Positions 30,478 to 39,318 of a stretch of 64,000 bases of DNA are shown in pieces. The notes under the pieces were generated by a model, which saw only the letters and a program-made list of their open reading frames with translations, made no database searches and was not told the DNA's origin. The stretch is from an uncultured Candidatus Saccharibacteria bacterium (GTDB lineage Bacteria; Patescibacteriota; Doudnabacteria; UBA920; VMFF01). The stretch is from contig CAYIKZ010000003.1 of NCBI GenBank assembly GCA_964364285.1, positions 2,491 to 66,490 of the forward strand. The letters run 5' to 3'. The position numbers were made by a program, and so were the translations under genes. The stretch's first letter is position 1. The number at the start of each line of letters is the position of its first letter.

Positions 30478-30991
30478 GCGGTACAATTTAAATTACAAAC
30501 AAGCCGGTACACTCATAGCATTCCTTGTACTGGCTATTTTTGTATTTAGATTCCTTAATACTCAAAAAAACGAACCAAAGCTCTTAAACAACAATCAAGA
30601 ATTTGAAATTGGTCTATGTCGAACCTGTGAAGTTATAAAAGACAAGGAATTAATAATTGATGAAGACCGTGGTGAATATCTAGATTCAAGTTTAATAAAA
30701 AAATTAGAGATACTAGCAGGGGATAATAAAGACTGGAGAATCACCGAAGCATATCCGCCAACCGTCCAACATATCAGCTTTTGTCATCAAAATGGCACCT
30801 GCGCTGATATAGCGCTTCAAAGGAATCTACTTAATGCTGATAGTTTGTCTGAACTCTGTAAGGATGCGCTTGCTGCTGGTTTAACTGTTGTTAATGAATA
30901 CAGTAATTTAAAATACTATTCTCAGAATTCTTTTTGTCCTAAACCAAACATATTTGAGACAACAACAGGTGGGCACTTACATGTGTTCTAG
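30467..30991 (+). CDS. Membrane-anchored Hedgehog/M15-like domain protein (paralogue of upstream C-domain)
   Basis: TM helix; WRITEAYPPTVQH..CHQNGTCADIA..GHLHV. Confidence 0.7.
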   Translation: MLNKRYNLNYKQAGTLIAFLVLAIFVFRFLNTQKNEPKLLNNNQEFEIGLCRTCEVIKDKELIIDEDRGEYLDSSLIKKLEILAGDNKDWRITEAYPPTVQHISFCHQNGTCADIALQRNLLNADSLSELCKDALAAGLTVVNEYSNLKYYSQNSFCPKPNIFETTTGGHLHVF

Positions 30992-31008
30992 TTGTTTCTT
31001 TATATCCT

Positions 31009-31036
31009 TTGTCGCATAAGCTACATTGTGCGACTA
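31009..31036. other. Putative dif-like Xer recombination site
   Basis: TTGTCGCATAA-gctaca-TTGTGCGACTA: 11-6-11 inverted repeat at the gene-orientation switch. Confidence 0.65.
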
Positions 31037-31084
31037 GGGTTATATGGCAAAGAGAGTAGTCCCCTATAGCTTTAGGCTCGCATG

Positions 31085-31113
31085 TTGACGAGTAGTAAAT
31101 AATGAAGTAATAT
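31085..31113 (+). promoter_or_regulatory. Sigma70-type promoter for small RNA candidate
   Basis: TTGACG-17-TAATAT; no ORF downstream. Confidence 0.6.
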
Positions 31114-31120
31114 TTTTATA

Positions 31121-31182
31121 GCACTTGTGGGGGCTTCGGCTCCCTCGCGGTTAATACATAAACCGCAGACGGGTGCTTTTTA
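31121..31182 (+). ncRNA. Putative small structured RNA (three-way junction)
   Basis: P1 GCACTTGT/ACGGGTGC, P2 GGGGGC-TTCG-GCTCCC, P3 GCGGTT/AACCGC, then T run. Confidence 0.55.
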
Positions 31183-31184
31183 AT

Positions 31185-31679
31185 TTAGTCGGTTTCTGGA
31201 TCGCCAGTGTATAGTTTCTTGCTCTTTGACCCATCAGACTTGCGTTCTGTCTTCCAAGATGGATATATGCTATGAAAATTCTTTGATCCGTCTTCTACTT
31301 CTTTTACTATGACTTTTACCCTTAATTCCCCTATTATAGCCACAAACACATAGTATCTAACTAACTTAAGTAATTTATTCCAAGTTCCTTTAGATTTTCT
31401 ACGTATAAACAGTTTTCTTTCATCATATTCTTGTAAAGTGCCTGATTTCTTTATAACGCTCACTGCTAAGGGTAATAATCTAAACCTAACATATTGATCG
31501 GTACGGGATCGAGTTTTGTTCCATTCCTTGAACACGATATGTTCAAAACCATCAGAATTAAAATGAACCTCTTCGCCATTGAAATACGGACACTTAATTG
31601 AGGTGACAGACCTGTAATAACTGTCCGCCTCGGTTTTTCTTTGATTAAATTTTTGTTTTGGTATGTTTTCTTCATTCAT
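31185..31679 (-). CDS. Basic hypothetical protein, possibly BECR/RelE-like nuclease fold
   Basis: CPYF..VHFNSDGFEH, RFRLL, beta-rich C-terminus FHSIYP; fold call is inference. Confidence 0.6.
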   Translation of the reverse strand: MNEENIPKQKFNQRKTEADSYYRSVTSIKCPYFNGEEVHFNSDGFEHIVFKEWNKTRSRTDQYVRFRLLPLAVSVIKKSGTLQEYDERKLFIRRKSKGTWNKLLKLVRYYVFVAIIGELRVKVIVKEVEDGSKNFHSIYPSWKTERKSDGSKSKKLYTGDPETD

Positions 31680-31729
31680 GTGTACATCTTAAAATACTGA
31701 ACATGAATAATTTATAAAATCAAACTACA

Positions 31730-31758
31730 AAAACCCAGATATTAATGATCTGGGTTTT
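31730..31758 (-). terminator. Intrinsic terminator after M1 aminopeptidase
   Basis: AAAACCCAGAT...ATCTGGGTTTT. Confidence 0.75.
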
Positions 31759-31763
31759 AAAAC

Positions 31764-34328
31764 TTATCTAACTATTTTTATATATCCCTTTATACTCTCA
31801 ACATCTTTGTTTCTCCACGCCACATTAGCTCGTATTTGTTCTAAGGACTGCTGTATAGCTCTTTCTGCTGCAGGAGCTAAGTTTTTCTTAAAAAACTCTG
31901 ATATATCATCCGCGTCTTTTGTGGTTGTAAAGAATTCTAGAGAACTTGCAATTCTAGAAAGTGAGTGTCCCCCATCTCCAAACTTGTTTAGCAAGTATTT
32001 CCAATTTTGCTTAACAAATTTCCATGCTAGATGTTTACTGTTTCTCGCTGAAAACGCAACTGCAAGGAATAGTGTTGTGTCTTGATTACGGACTTCTTTA
32101 GAAAGGAAAAACTTTAAAACATCTGCTACAATAGCTGGTTCTTTAAAAAGTGGTAATACTCTAGCAATACGATGCTTTTCCTCGTGTAATTTTGCGTGTT
32201 TGTAGATCTTTCGTAGTTGTTTGTATTCATCAAGCGCCCCATTTCCAGCAACAGCCGCATAAACAATTGATTTAATGTCAGGGTCTATGTGTTTTCCTTT
32301 AAGTAATGACTTAAACAACACCTTGCATTTTACAATTACCTTTTCATCTTTGTATTTAACTGCATTAGCTAGTATTAAAGACCTTAGGAGACCATCGGTA
32401 TGTGATTCTTTTGGTTTCTTGCTCCAATCAACTTTCTTAACCATTGGTGAAAAGATGTTTCTGCAATATGTTTCAAAATCTTTTCTGAATGGCTCATTCT
32501 CTAAAATCCTAGAAAGGTGAGAAAGACCTGATGATATCTCAACCCAAACATTATAGTTATCTTCGTTCTTGTAAGCTTCTAGAAGATGTAAAACATCTGT
32601 TGTGGGTATATATCCACCCTGAGCAAGCGCAAAAGCATTACTAATTAATCCTAAACGGTCTTTAGGATCAAGTTTCTTCTTCAAAACTGCGTCTTTAAGG
32701 TCTTCTAAGAATGCGTGTTGGTACTTAACACGATAAAAACCGGTTTCGTTAAGATTCAGTTTGAGCCACTCCCCTTTTTTCAAAGGCTTAATTACTGAAG
32801 ATGCTTTTTCAATTAAAATATTTTCTGTTTTATTATTACTTTTAAAAACTGAAGCAGGAACTTTCCAAAGTGTTTTTTTCTTGTTTGTTTTTCTTGAAAC
32901 TGGGCTTGAGAAAAAGCGCTCTTGAGACAAAGAAATATTTCCTTTAGCATCTTTTGTTTCAACAGAAAGCACCGGATATCCTGCTTGCCTGGTCCAAGTG
33001 CGCATCATTGGGGCGATTTTCTTTCCAGAAACTTTTTCAAAAGCACGCCACAGATCTTCAGTAATGGCATTACCATATGCGTGTTTCTTTAGATAGTGTC
33101 TTAAACCATCTCTAAAATCTTTTTCTCCCAAGTAATTTGCAAGCATACGGATAATGCTTGATCCTTTTGAATAACTGACAGTATCAAAAATCTCGTCAAT
33201 CTCCTTGGGATGATGTACTTCTATTTCAATTGGATGAGTGTTTTTTAGCGCATCAAGACTCAAAGCAAGCCCTAAGTCTCCAAAAACGAACTGATCCCAC
33301 ATTTTCCAAGAAGGAAATATATGATCTAGCGCAAGATATTCGATATATGAAGCAAAGCCTTCATTCAACCAAAGATCAGTCCACCAATCCATTGTTACTA
33401 AGTTTCCAAACCATTGATGCGCTAGTTCATGGGATATTGTTAACGCAACACGTTGTTTTGTTGAAAGTTCTGAATGATCCGAATCAATTAAAAGCGAAGT
33501 CTCTCTGTAAGTAACGGCACCCCAATTTTCCATGGCTCCTGCAGAAAAGTCTGGAAGAGCAATCATATCTAAAACAGGCAAAGGGTACTTAATATCAAAA
33601 TACTGCTCATAGAAATCAAGAGCTTTTATAGCAACGCTTAAAGCAAACTCAACTTGTTTCTTCTTGCCAGGTGTTACAAACACTCTTACCAAAACTTTGT
33701 TCTTAGTTTTACCTTCGATGAATTCAAAATTACCGACTATGAAAGCAAGTAAATATGTTGACATCTTAGGAGTTGGAGCGAACTTAACTATTTCCCAGCC
33801 TTGGTGTTCTTGTATGGATATTGGTAATGTATTTGATATTGCATGTAAACCTTTTTCAACCATCAAAGTAACATCAAAAATTGCTTTTGCTGATGGTTCA
33901 TCAAAACAAGGAAAAGCATTTCGCGCAAAAGTTGATTCAAATTGCGTAGTTGCAATGTGTTTTGTCTTACCCTCGTGTTCATAACTGCTTCTGTAAAAAC
34001 CATTCAAACGATCTTCTAACAAACCTTTAAACTTAATGCCAAGCTCTCCCCTGCCCTTTGGTAATTTTGTTCTGAACGAAAAAACCGCGGTCTCAGAAAC
34101 AATGTCATATTTAATCTTTGCTTTGTGTTTTTTCTTTAAATCAAAATATTCTACGGATTCAATAACCAAACCCTTAGAGTGAAGCACTATCTCACTGGTC
34201 GCTTTCAAAAGCATTAAAGAGATTGTTTCTTCTGCCTCATACTTAAAATCTTTTAAATCTGGTTTAATGAAAATTTTGTAACGTTCAGGTAGAACGCTTT
34301 TTGATAATCTTACTTTCTTGTTTTTCAT
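31764..34328 (-). CDS. pepN: M1 family aminopeptidase (PepN / puromycin-sensitive-like)
   Basis: GAMEN, HELAHQWFGN..WLNEGFA, YSKG; start reassigned to MKNKK. Confidence 0.93.
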   Translation of the reverse strand: MKNKKVRLSKSVLPERYKIFIKPDLKDFKYEAEETISLMLLKATSEIVLHSKGLVIESVEYFDLKKKHKAKIKYDIVSETAVFSFRTKLPKGRGELGIKFKGLLEDRLNGFYRSSYEHEGKTKHIATTQFESTFARNAFPCFDEPSAKAIFDVTLMVEKGLHAISNTLPISIQEHQGWEIVKFAPTPKMSTYLLAFIVGNFEFIEGKTKNKVLVRVFVTPGKKKQVEFALSVAIKALDFYEQYFDIKYPLPVLDMIALPDFSAGAMENWGAVTYRETSLLIDSDHSELSTKQRVALTISHELAHQWFGNLVTMDWWTDLWLNEGFASYIEYLALDHIFPSWKMWDQFVFGDLGLALSLDALKNTHPIEIEVHHPKEIDEIFDTVSYSKGSSIIRMLANYLGEKDFRDGLRHYLKKHAYGNAITEDLWRAFEKVSGKKIAPMMRTWTRQAGYPVLSVETKDAKGNISLSQERFFSSPVSRKTNKKKTLWKVPASVFKSNNKTENILIEKASSVIKPLKKGEWLKLNLNETGFYRVKYQHAFLEDLKDAVLKKKLDPKDRLGLISNAFALAQGGYIPTTDVLHLLEAYKNEDNYNVWVEISSGLSHLSRILENEPFRKDFETYCRNIFSPMVKKVDWSKKPKESHTDGLLRSLILANAVKYKDEKVIVKCKVLFKSLLKGKHIDPDIKSIVYAAVAGNGALDEYKQLRKIYKHAKLHEEKHRIARVLPLFKEPAIVADVLKFFLSKEVRNQDTTLFLAVAFSARNSKHLAWKFVKQNWKYLLNKFGDGGHSLSRIASSLEFFTTTKDADDISEFFKKNLAPAAERAIQQSLEQIRANVAWRNKDVESIKGYIKIVR

Positions 34329-34396
34329 ATACCTTAGTTTAACAAAAACAACAAAGACCTGCATCCCCCAAGGTACAGGTCTTATCTTTTGAAAGT

Positions 34397-35089
34397 CTAA
34401 TTCTCAACTATAGCTTGAATATGTTCTACGTATTTTCTAAAAATAGGGTCATCTTTCTGTCTTGGTCTCTTTAGATCAATAGTTATTTCCCGTCTGATTT
34501 TACCCTTGTCCATTATCACTACTCGGTCAGCCAAAAGCACTGCTTCCTCAATTGAATGAGAAACCATTAAAACCGTCAGTTTGTTTGTTCTCCAGAGCCC
34601 CAAAAGCAATGAATATAGCTCTTCAGCTATCTTTATGTCTAAAGCTGAAAAAGGCTCGTCTAAGAGCAATATTTTGCGTTTTACAGCCATTGCTCTAGCT
34701 ATACCAACCCTTTGTTTCTGACCCCCAGAAAGCTCCTTAGGATACTTGTTTTCAAAGGTCTTGATCCCAAGCTCAGAAAGGAGCTGCTCTATCTGCTGTT
34801 TTGGGGCATTTAACCCTTCAACCATAAAAGGAAAAGAAACATTTTGTTTTACAGTGAGCCAAGGAAGAAGTGCGCTATTCTGAAAAACCATCGCACTTTG
34901 ATCATCTGTATGTACAACACCTTTGCTTGGTTCTATCAATCCCGCCACAATTTTTAACAAAGTAGTTTTACCACTCCTCGATTCTCCCACAATACAAACA
35001 AACTCAGATGAATCAATATTTAAATCAACATCATTTAAAATCTCTGTCTCCCCGTAATATTTATATATGTTTTCAAGGATTATCTTCAT
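34397..35089 (-). CDS. NitT/TauT-family ABC transporter ATPase
   Basis: GESRSGKT, LLPWLTV, LSGGQKQR, LLLDEPF, SHSIEEA. Confidence 0.9.
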   Translation of the reverse strand: MKIILENIYKYYGETEILNDVDLNIDSSEFVCIVGESRSGKTTLLKIVAGLIEPSKGVVHTDDQSAMVFQNSALLPWLTVKQNVSFPFMVEGLNAPKQQIEQLLSELGIKTFENKYPKELSGGQKQRVGIARAMAVKRKILLLDEPFSALDIKIAEELYSLLLGLWRTNKLTVLMVSHSIEEAVLLADRVVIMDKGKIRREITIDLKRPRQKDDPIFRKYVEHIQAIVEN

Positions 35090-35882
35090 TCGAATTTAAA
35101 CCTTTCACCGTATTCAGTTAATCTATGCCAAACTAAACGGTCCACAATTAAAATCAAAGCAACTAAGACAAGGAGAGATGCGACGAACAAACCAATGTTG
35201 TACCCTGCTGAAACAGACAAAAGATTTCCTAACCCTGGCAAACTAATCTGAATGTTTCCGTAATTTATGTATTCAGAGATTATGATCACATTCCAACCTT
35301 CTCCGAAAGAAAGAATTGAACCTATTACAAGTTGTGGAAAAATTCCTGGAAGTATAACTTTAAAAACATTTGAATTCCTTTTGCATTGTAAACCCTTGCA
35401 GCATCAAAGATTTCTTCTGGGATTAAATGTAACCCTCCTAGAGCTCCAAACAGGATTGACCAGAACATGGCTATTACTAAAACAAGTTGTGCTGCTAGCT
35501 CTGCTAAATGTAGTTGCGCAAAAACAACAATTATTAAAGGAAAGAAAGCAAGGACAGGAACGCTTTGCAATATATCAAAGATTGGTACTAGGAAGTTTTC
35601 AACTTTTTTGTGTCTAGTAACAACAAAAACTGCTAGAAGCGCTAAAAATAAGGAAACAAAATATGCGGCACAAAGCCTTAAGAAAGTATACCCAGAATAC
35701 AGCAGTAATTGAGTTATTGACACATCTTTAAATATCAAAAAAAACTTTGATAAATCTATTGTCTTAAACCCGCTTTCTAGATATATAGCTAGAGTGGCAA
35801 TAATCAAAAAGCTGAGTATGTAAAAGAATACTCTGCCACCAAAAGTGTGCTTTCTAAGATGATATTTTGTATGCCTGAACAT
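35086..35882 (-). pseudogene. NitT/TauT ABC permease split by a one-base frameshift near 35362
   Basis: ORF 35325-35882 has EAA-like motif (IFDAARVYNAKG); the -1 frame continues KVILPGIFPQLVIGSILSFGEGWNVIIISE to stop at 35086. Confidence 0.8.
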
Positions 35883-35903
35883 TTTTGTTTTAAGGTCTTG
35901 TTT

Positions 35904-36176
35904 TTAAGGGTAGACCTGGGTACCGTCTTCTTCGTAAAGGTAAATCGCAAGTGTTGGGCAGCTTTGTGCCGCAAGCATCAAAGTATCGTCATCAACAGCG
36001 CTTACTTCAAGCATATCAACATCTGTTTTTCCAGAGTCTCTAATGCCGTCTTTTTTTAAAATCACAGCTTTGTTATCATCATCTAACTGAAAAACTTCTG
36101 GGTACAAAGCAACACAAGAAGCCGCGCCAATGCACAGTTCCCTATCAACCATCAGGTATTTAATCTTTCCCGCCAT
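35904..36176 (-). CDS. Ferredoxin, probably [3Fe-4S]
   Basis: CIGAASC ... CP (CxxAxxC pattern). Confidence 0.85.
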   Translation of the reverse strand: MAGKIKYLMVDRELCIGAASCVALYPEVFQLDDDNKAVILKKDGIRDSGKTDVDMLEVSAVDDDTLMLAAQSCPTLAIYLYEEDGTQVYP

Positions 36177-36415
36177 TATTTCATCTCCACGTATTTAATA
36201 TTTTTTAAATTAGGGCAAGCTTCTTGGATGTATCTATTCAATATCTTTCCGTATGTAATAGGAGCCATAGGACAACCCGCGCAATGTCCTTTTAAAGCAA
36301 GAACAACCTCGTCCTCAGTTGCTTTAATGATCTCAACACCACCTTGATGCGCTTTAACAATCGGATCAATCTTAGCAATCTGTTCTCTTACAGCAGCAAG
36401 TATTGTCTTGTCCAT
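36176..36415 (-). CDS. NifU/Nfu-type Fe-S carrier
   Basis: HQGGVE..LKGHCAGCP. Confidence 0.85.
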   Translation of the reverse strand: MDKTILAAVREQIAKIDPIVKAHQGGVEIIKATEDEVVLALKGHCAGCPMAPITYGKILNRYIQEACPNLKNIKYVEMK

Positions 36416-36451
36416 TATTGAAATACCAAGATTTGAGTTCATAACTAGATA

Positions 36452-37684
36452 TTAATGCTTTTTGTTTAAGGATTCAACTCTACGCAGTTCTTTGATTATT
36501 GACCCGCTTACTTTAACAAACTGATCAAGATCAAATTTTTTAGTAGCTCTTCCAAGAGTTATACGTACACTTGCCTTAGCGTCATACTTGTCCAAACCAA
36601 TTGCTAAAAGAACATGTGACGGATCAAGGCTCGTTGAAGCACAAGCAGAGCCAGTTGAAACAGCAAACCCTTGAGCATCAAGATACAAAAGCAACGCTTC
36701 TCCGTCTATACCAACAAATGAAAAATTAACATTATTTGGTAAACGCAAAATATTTTTCTCTGAATCTTTTTCAACAGAAGGACCATTTAATATTGAACCT
36801 GGAATTGTTTTTTGAATCCTTGAGATCAAATAGTTTCGCAGAATTCTTAATCTTTTGTTTTCTGACTTTTTCAAACGTTCAGCAATCTCTAATGCTTTTG
36901 CAAAACCAATAATCCCGGGGGTATTTTCTGTTCCCGAACGCAAACCTCTTTCCTGTCCCCCGCCATAGATCAAAGGCTTTAATTTAACCCCATTTCTTAT
37001 ATACAACAAACCAATTTGTTTTGGTCCATAAATCTTGCTTGCATTCAAAGTCATTAAATCAACACCTAGCTTGTTAACATTCAAATCCAAAGCACCTGCT
37101 GCTTGGCACGCATCAGTGTGCAAAAGAATCTTTTGTTCCCTATTTAAATTTTCTTTCCTAATTACTTTAGCTAACTCGTTTATTGGTTGAACAGTTCCAA
37201 TTTCGTTATTTGCATAAATCACACTAACTAAAACTGTATTCTTTTTAATTGCTTTAACAAGCTCTTTTGAATTAACAAAACCCTGATTATTAACTTTGAG
37301 TATTGTTAATTCAACGCCCTCACCTTTTAAAGCTTTTGCGCTTTCTAAAACAGCATGATGTTCAATTGCAGAAACTATGATGTGTGGTTTTTTGAATCCA
37401 GAAGAAATTGCTTGTCTTACAACCCCAAACAAAGCAAGGTTAACAGATTCAGTTCCACCACCTGCGAATATTATCTCGCCTTCTCTCGCTCCTAATATAT
37501 TTCCGATTGTTTTTCTTGCTGTATCAATATCAAACTTAGCTTCCATTCCAAGCTCATAAATACTAGAAGCATTACCAAACTTTTTTGATAGGTATGGTTG
37601 CATAGCACGAACAACCTCTTGATCTAGAGGTGTTGTCGCGGCATGATCTAGATATATTAACTTTCTCTTTTTATTCCCTAACAT
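36452..37684 (-). CDS. iscS: Cysteine desulfurase (IscS/NifS)
   Basis: YLDHAATTP, EHHAV, NNEIG, GGGQERGLRSGTEN, STGSAC. Confidence 0.93.
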   Translation of the reverse strand: MLGNKKRKLIYLDHAATTPLDQEVVRAMQPYLSKKFGNASSIYELGMEAKFDIDTARKTIGNILGAREGEIIFAGGGTESVNLALFGVVRQAISSGFKKPHIIVSAIEHHAVLESAKALKGEGVELTILKVNNQGFVNSKELVKAIKKNTVLVSVIYANNEIGTVQPINELAKVIRKENLNREQKILLHTDACQAAGALDLNVNKLGVDLMTLNASKIYGPKQIGLLYIRNGVKLKPLIYGGGQERGLRSGTENTPGIIGFAKALEIAERLKKSENKRLRILRNYLISRIQKTIPGSILNGPSVEKDSEKNILRLPNNVNFSFVGIDGEALLLYLDAQGFAVSTGSACASTSLDPSHVLLAIGLDKYDAKASVRITLGRATKKFDLDQFVKVSGSIIKELRRVESLNKKH

Positions 37685-37737
37685 ACAGCAAATTATCTCA
37701 TATTTGACCTATTTCTTCAATGTTCTAAAATTAAGTT

Positions 37738-37990
37738 GTTGACTAGCTCAGTCCTACCGGGAGGGTGGGCTGATCAACCCGGGCAAAGCTTGCCCAGGTA
37801 TCTCGCATGAACTCTTATGCAAACTGGGTAGGGAGCCAATCAATCCATCCTGCTTACCTACACAGGAGATATCTTAAGAGCGGAGTGTGCCCAGAGAAAT
37901 TGCGAGGAGTGAAAAGGATGGGGATGAGGCCAGAAGGCCTCTCGAAGGTTGTGCACGCCTATTTTGGCCTCTGCACAACCCTCTTCCCAA
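37738..37990 (+). ncRNA. Putative ~250-nt structured non-coding RNA, family unknown
   Basis: GC-rich intergenic block with at least five hairpins, possible pseudoknot, and TTGACC-16-TAAAAT promoter at 37704-37731. Confidence 0.55.
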
Positions 37991-38030
37991 TTGCTTGAAT
38001 GCTTTGATTACTGTAATATCTTAAGTACAT

Positions 38031-39308
38031 ATGCAATACGCATTCATCTTAGGGAGGGTGTATACATTATCAATTGCTGAACTTTTAGTTGTCCTCGAAG
38101 AGGAACTTGTTGAACATAGTATCCCTTTTAAAATCATAGCCGTTTCTATTGAAGCGCTAATCATTGAAACTGAAAAACAAATAGATCATGAAAAACTCCA
38201 ACGTCGCTTAGGTGGAGTTATTAAAATTGTAAAAATAGTTGACTCTGTAAAAAAGCGCCCTCAAGATTCCATAAACTTCGCGCTCCAAAATTACTTTAAA
38301 CCAAGCAAGTTAAAAAAAGACTTCCTTAAAGAATACTCCGGAAAAAAGCAATTCGGAGTAAGCGTGTACTTGCTTGATCCAACAATCAAGGGTTTTGGGG
38401 AACCAAAACGCCTTGGTATGTTCATCAAGAAAGGATTACAAGAGGAAGGCGCTTCAATTAGAGTTTGCTTACCCGACTACAATTCCCTTTCTCTTGCCTC
38501 TGTTGTTGTTACAAAAAATCTTTTACTTCAAAAAGGAGCTGAGATTGTTGTAATAGCTGGAATTGATAGGGTCTATGTTGGTAAAACTTTAATTGTCCAA
38601 GACTTTGAAGACTATGGTAGACGCGACTATCAACGACCAATACGAGATGACAAACAAGGCATGATTCCTCCAAAGGTTGCTCAAATTATGATTAACTTTG
38701 CGCGTTTACCAAAGAATGCAATTGTTTTAGATCCTTTTTGTGGTATTGGAACAATCATTCAAGAAGCAATTCTCCTTGGTTACAAAGGATATGGATCTGA
38801 TATTGCTAAGTTTGCAATATCTGGGAGTGAGAAAAACCTTGAATGGTTTAGAAACAGATATAAAATTCCTCCTGGTAAATACAAACTTGAGGTCGCAGAT
38901 GTTGCTGATGTGGCTACTACTTTCAAAGGAGAAAAGATAGCAGGAGTTGTAACAGAGGGATATTTAGGACCAATGTATGGCTCCTTCCCTAAAGATACAG
39001 ATATTCAAAAGAACTTTGAGGATCTTAAAAAACTATGGATATCTGCTTTCAAAGCTTTTAAAAACCTCATTCCTAAAGGGACTAGGGTTGTCATCTGTCT
39101 TCCTTGCTACAGAAAAGACGCTGATTCATATATCCCCTTTCCAAGCGTTGACTTCATCACTGATTTAGGCTACAATATTGAAGATCTATTTCCTCCTACT
39201 GCTAAAAAGTTGATGCCGTTTCTGAAGATTACAGAACGAAACTCAATGATCTATGATCGTAAAGATCAGGTTGTGGCAAGAGAAATTATCACGTTCATTA
39301 ATAATTAA
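38031..39308 (+). CDS. Trm11/TrmG10-like SAM-dependent RNA methyltransferase
   Basis: RLGGVIK, PPKVAQIMIN, LDPFCGIGT, VTEGYLG. Confidence 0.75.
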   Translation: MQYAFILGRVYTLSIAELLVVLEEELVEHSIPFKIIAVSIEALIIETEKQIDHEKLQRRLGGVIKIVKIVDSVKKRPQDSINFALQNYFKPSKLKKDFLKEYSGKKQFGVSVYLLDPTIKGFGEPKRLGMFIKKGLQEEGASIRVCLPDYNSLSLASVVVTKNLLLQKGAEIVVIAGIDRVYVGKTLIVQDFEDYGRRDYQRPIRDDKQGMIPPKVAQIMINFARLPKNAIVLDPFCGIGTIIQEAILLGYKGYGSDIAKFAISGSEKNLEWFRNRYKIPPGKYKLEVADVADVATTFKGEKIAGVVTEGYLGPMYGSFPKDTDIQKNFEDLKKLWISAFKAFKNLIPKGTRVVICLPCYRKDADSYIPFPSVDFITDLGYNIEDLFPPTAKKLMPFLKITERNSMIYDRKDQVVAREIITFINN

Positions 39309-39318
39309 CAGCTAACAA

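Noticed and set aside
21628-31170. Shared AAACCGCAGAC in the 21.6-kb terminator and the 31.1-kb RNA
   Set aside because: Only 11 nt, in different structural contexts; plausibly chance.
37738-37990. RNase P, tmRNA, SRP, 6S or HEARO/omegaRNA identity
   Set aside because: No GAGGAAAGTC, tRNA-like ends, SRP GGAA-loop motif or long closing stem. GTTGACTAGCTCAG only loosely recalls HEARO, and there is no IscB/TnpB gene.
37807-37998. 63-aa ORF in the GC-rich intergenic block
   Set aside because: No SD or recognisable motif; dense base-pairing fits an RNA better, though coding is not excluded.
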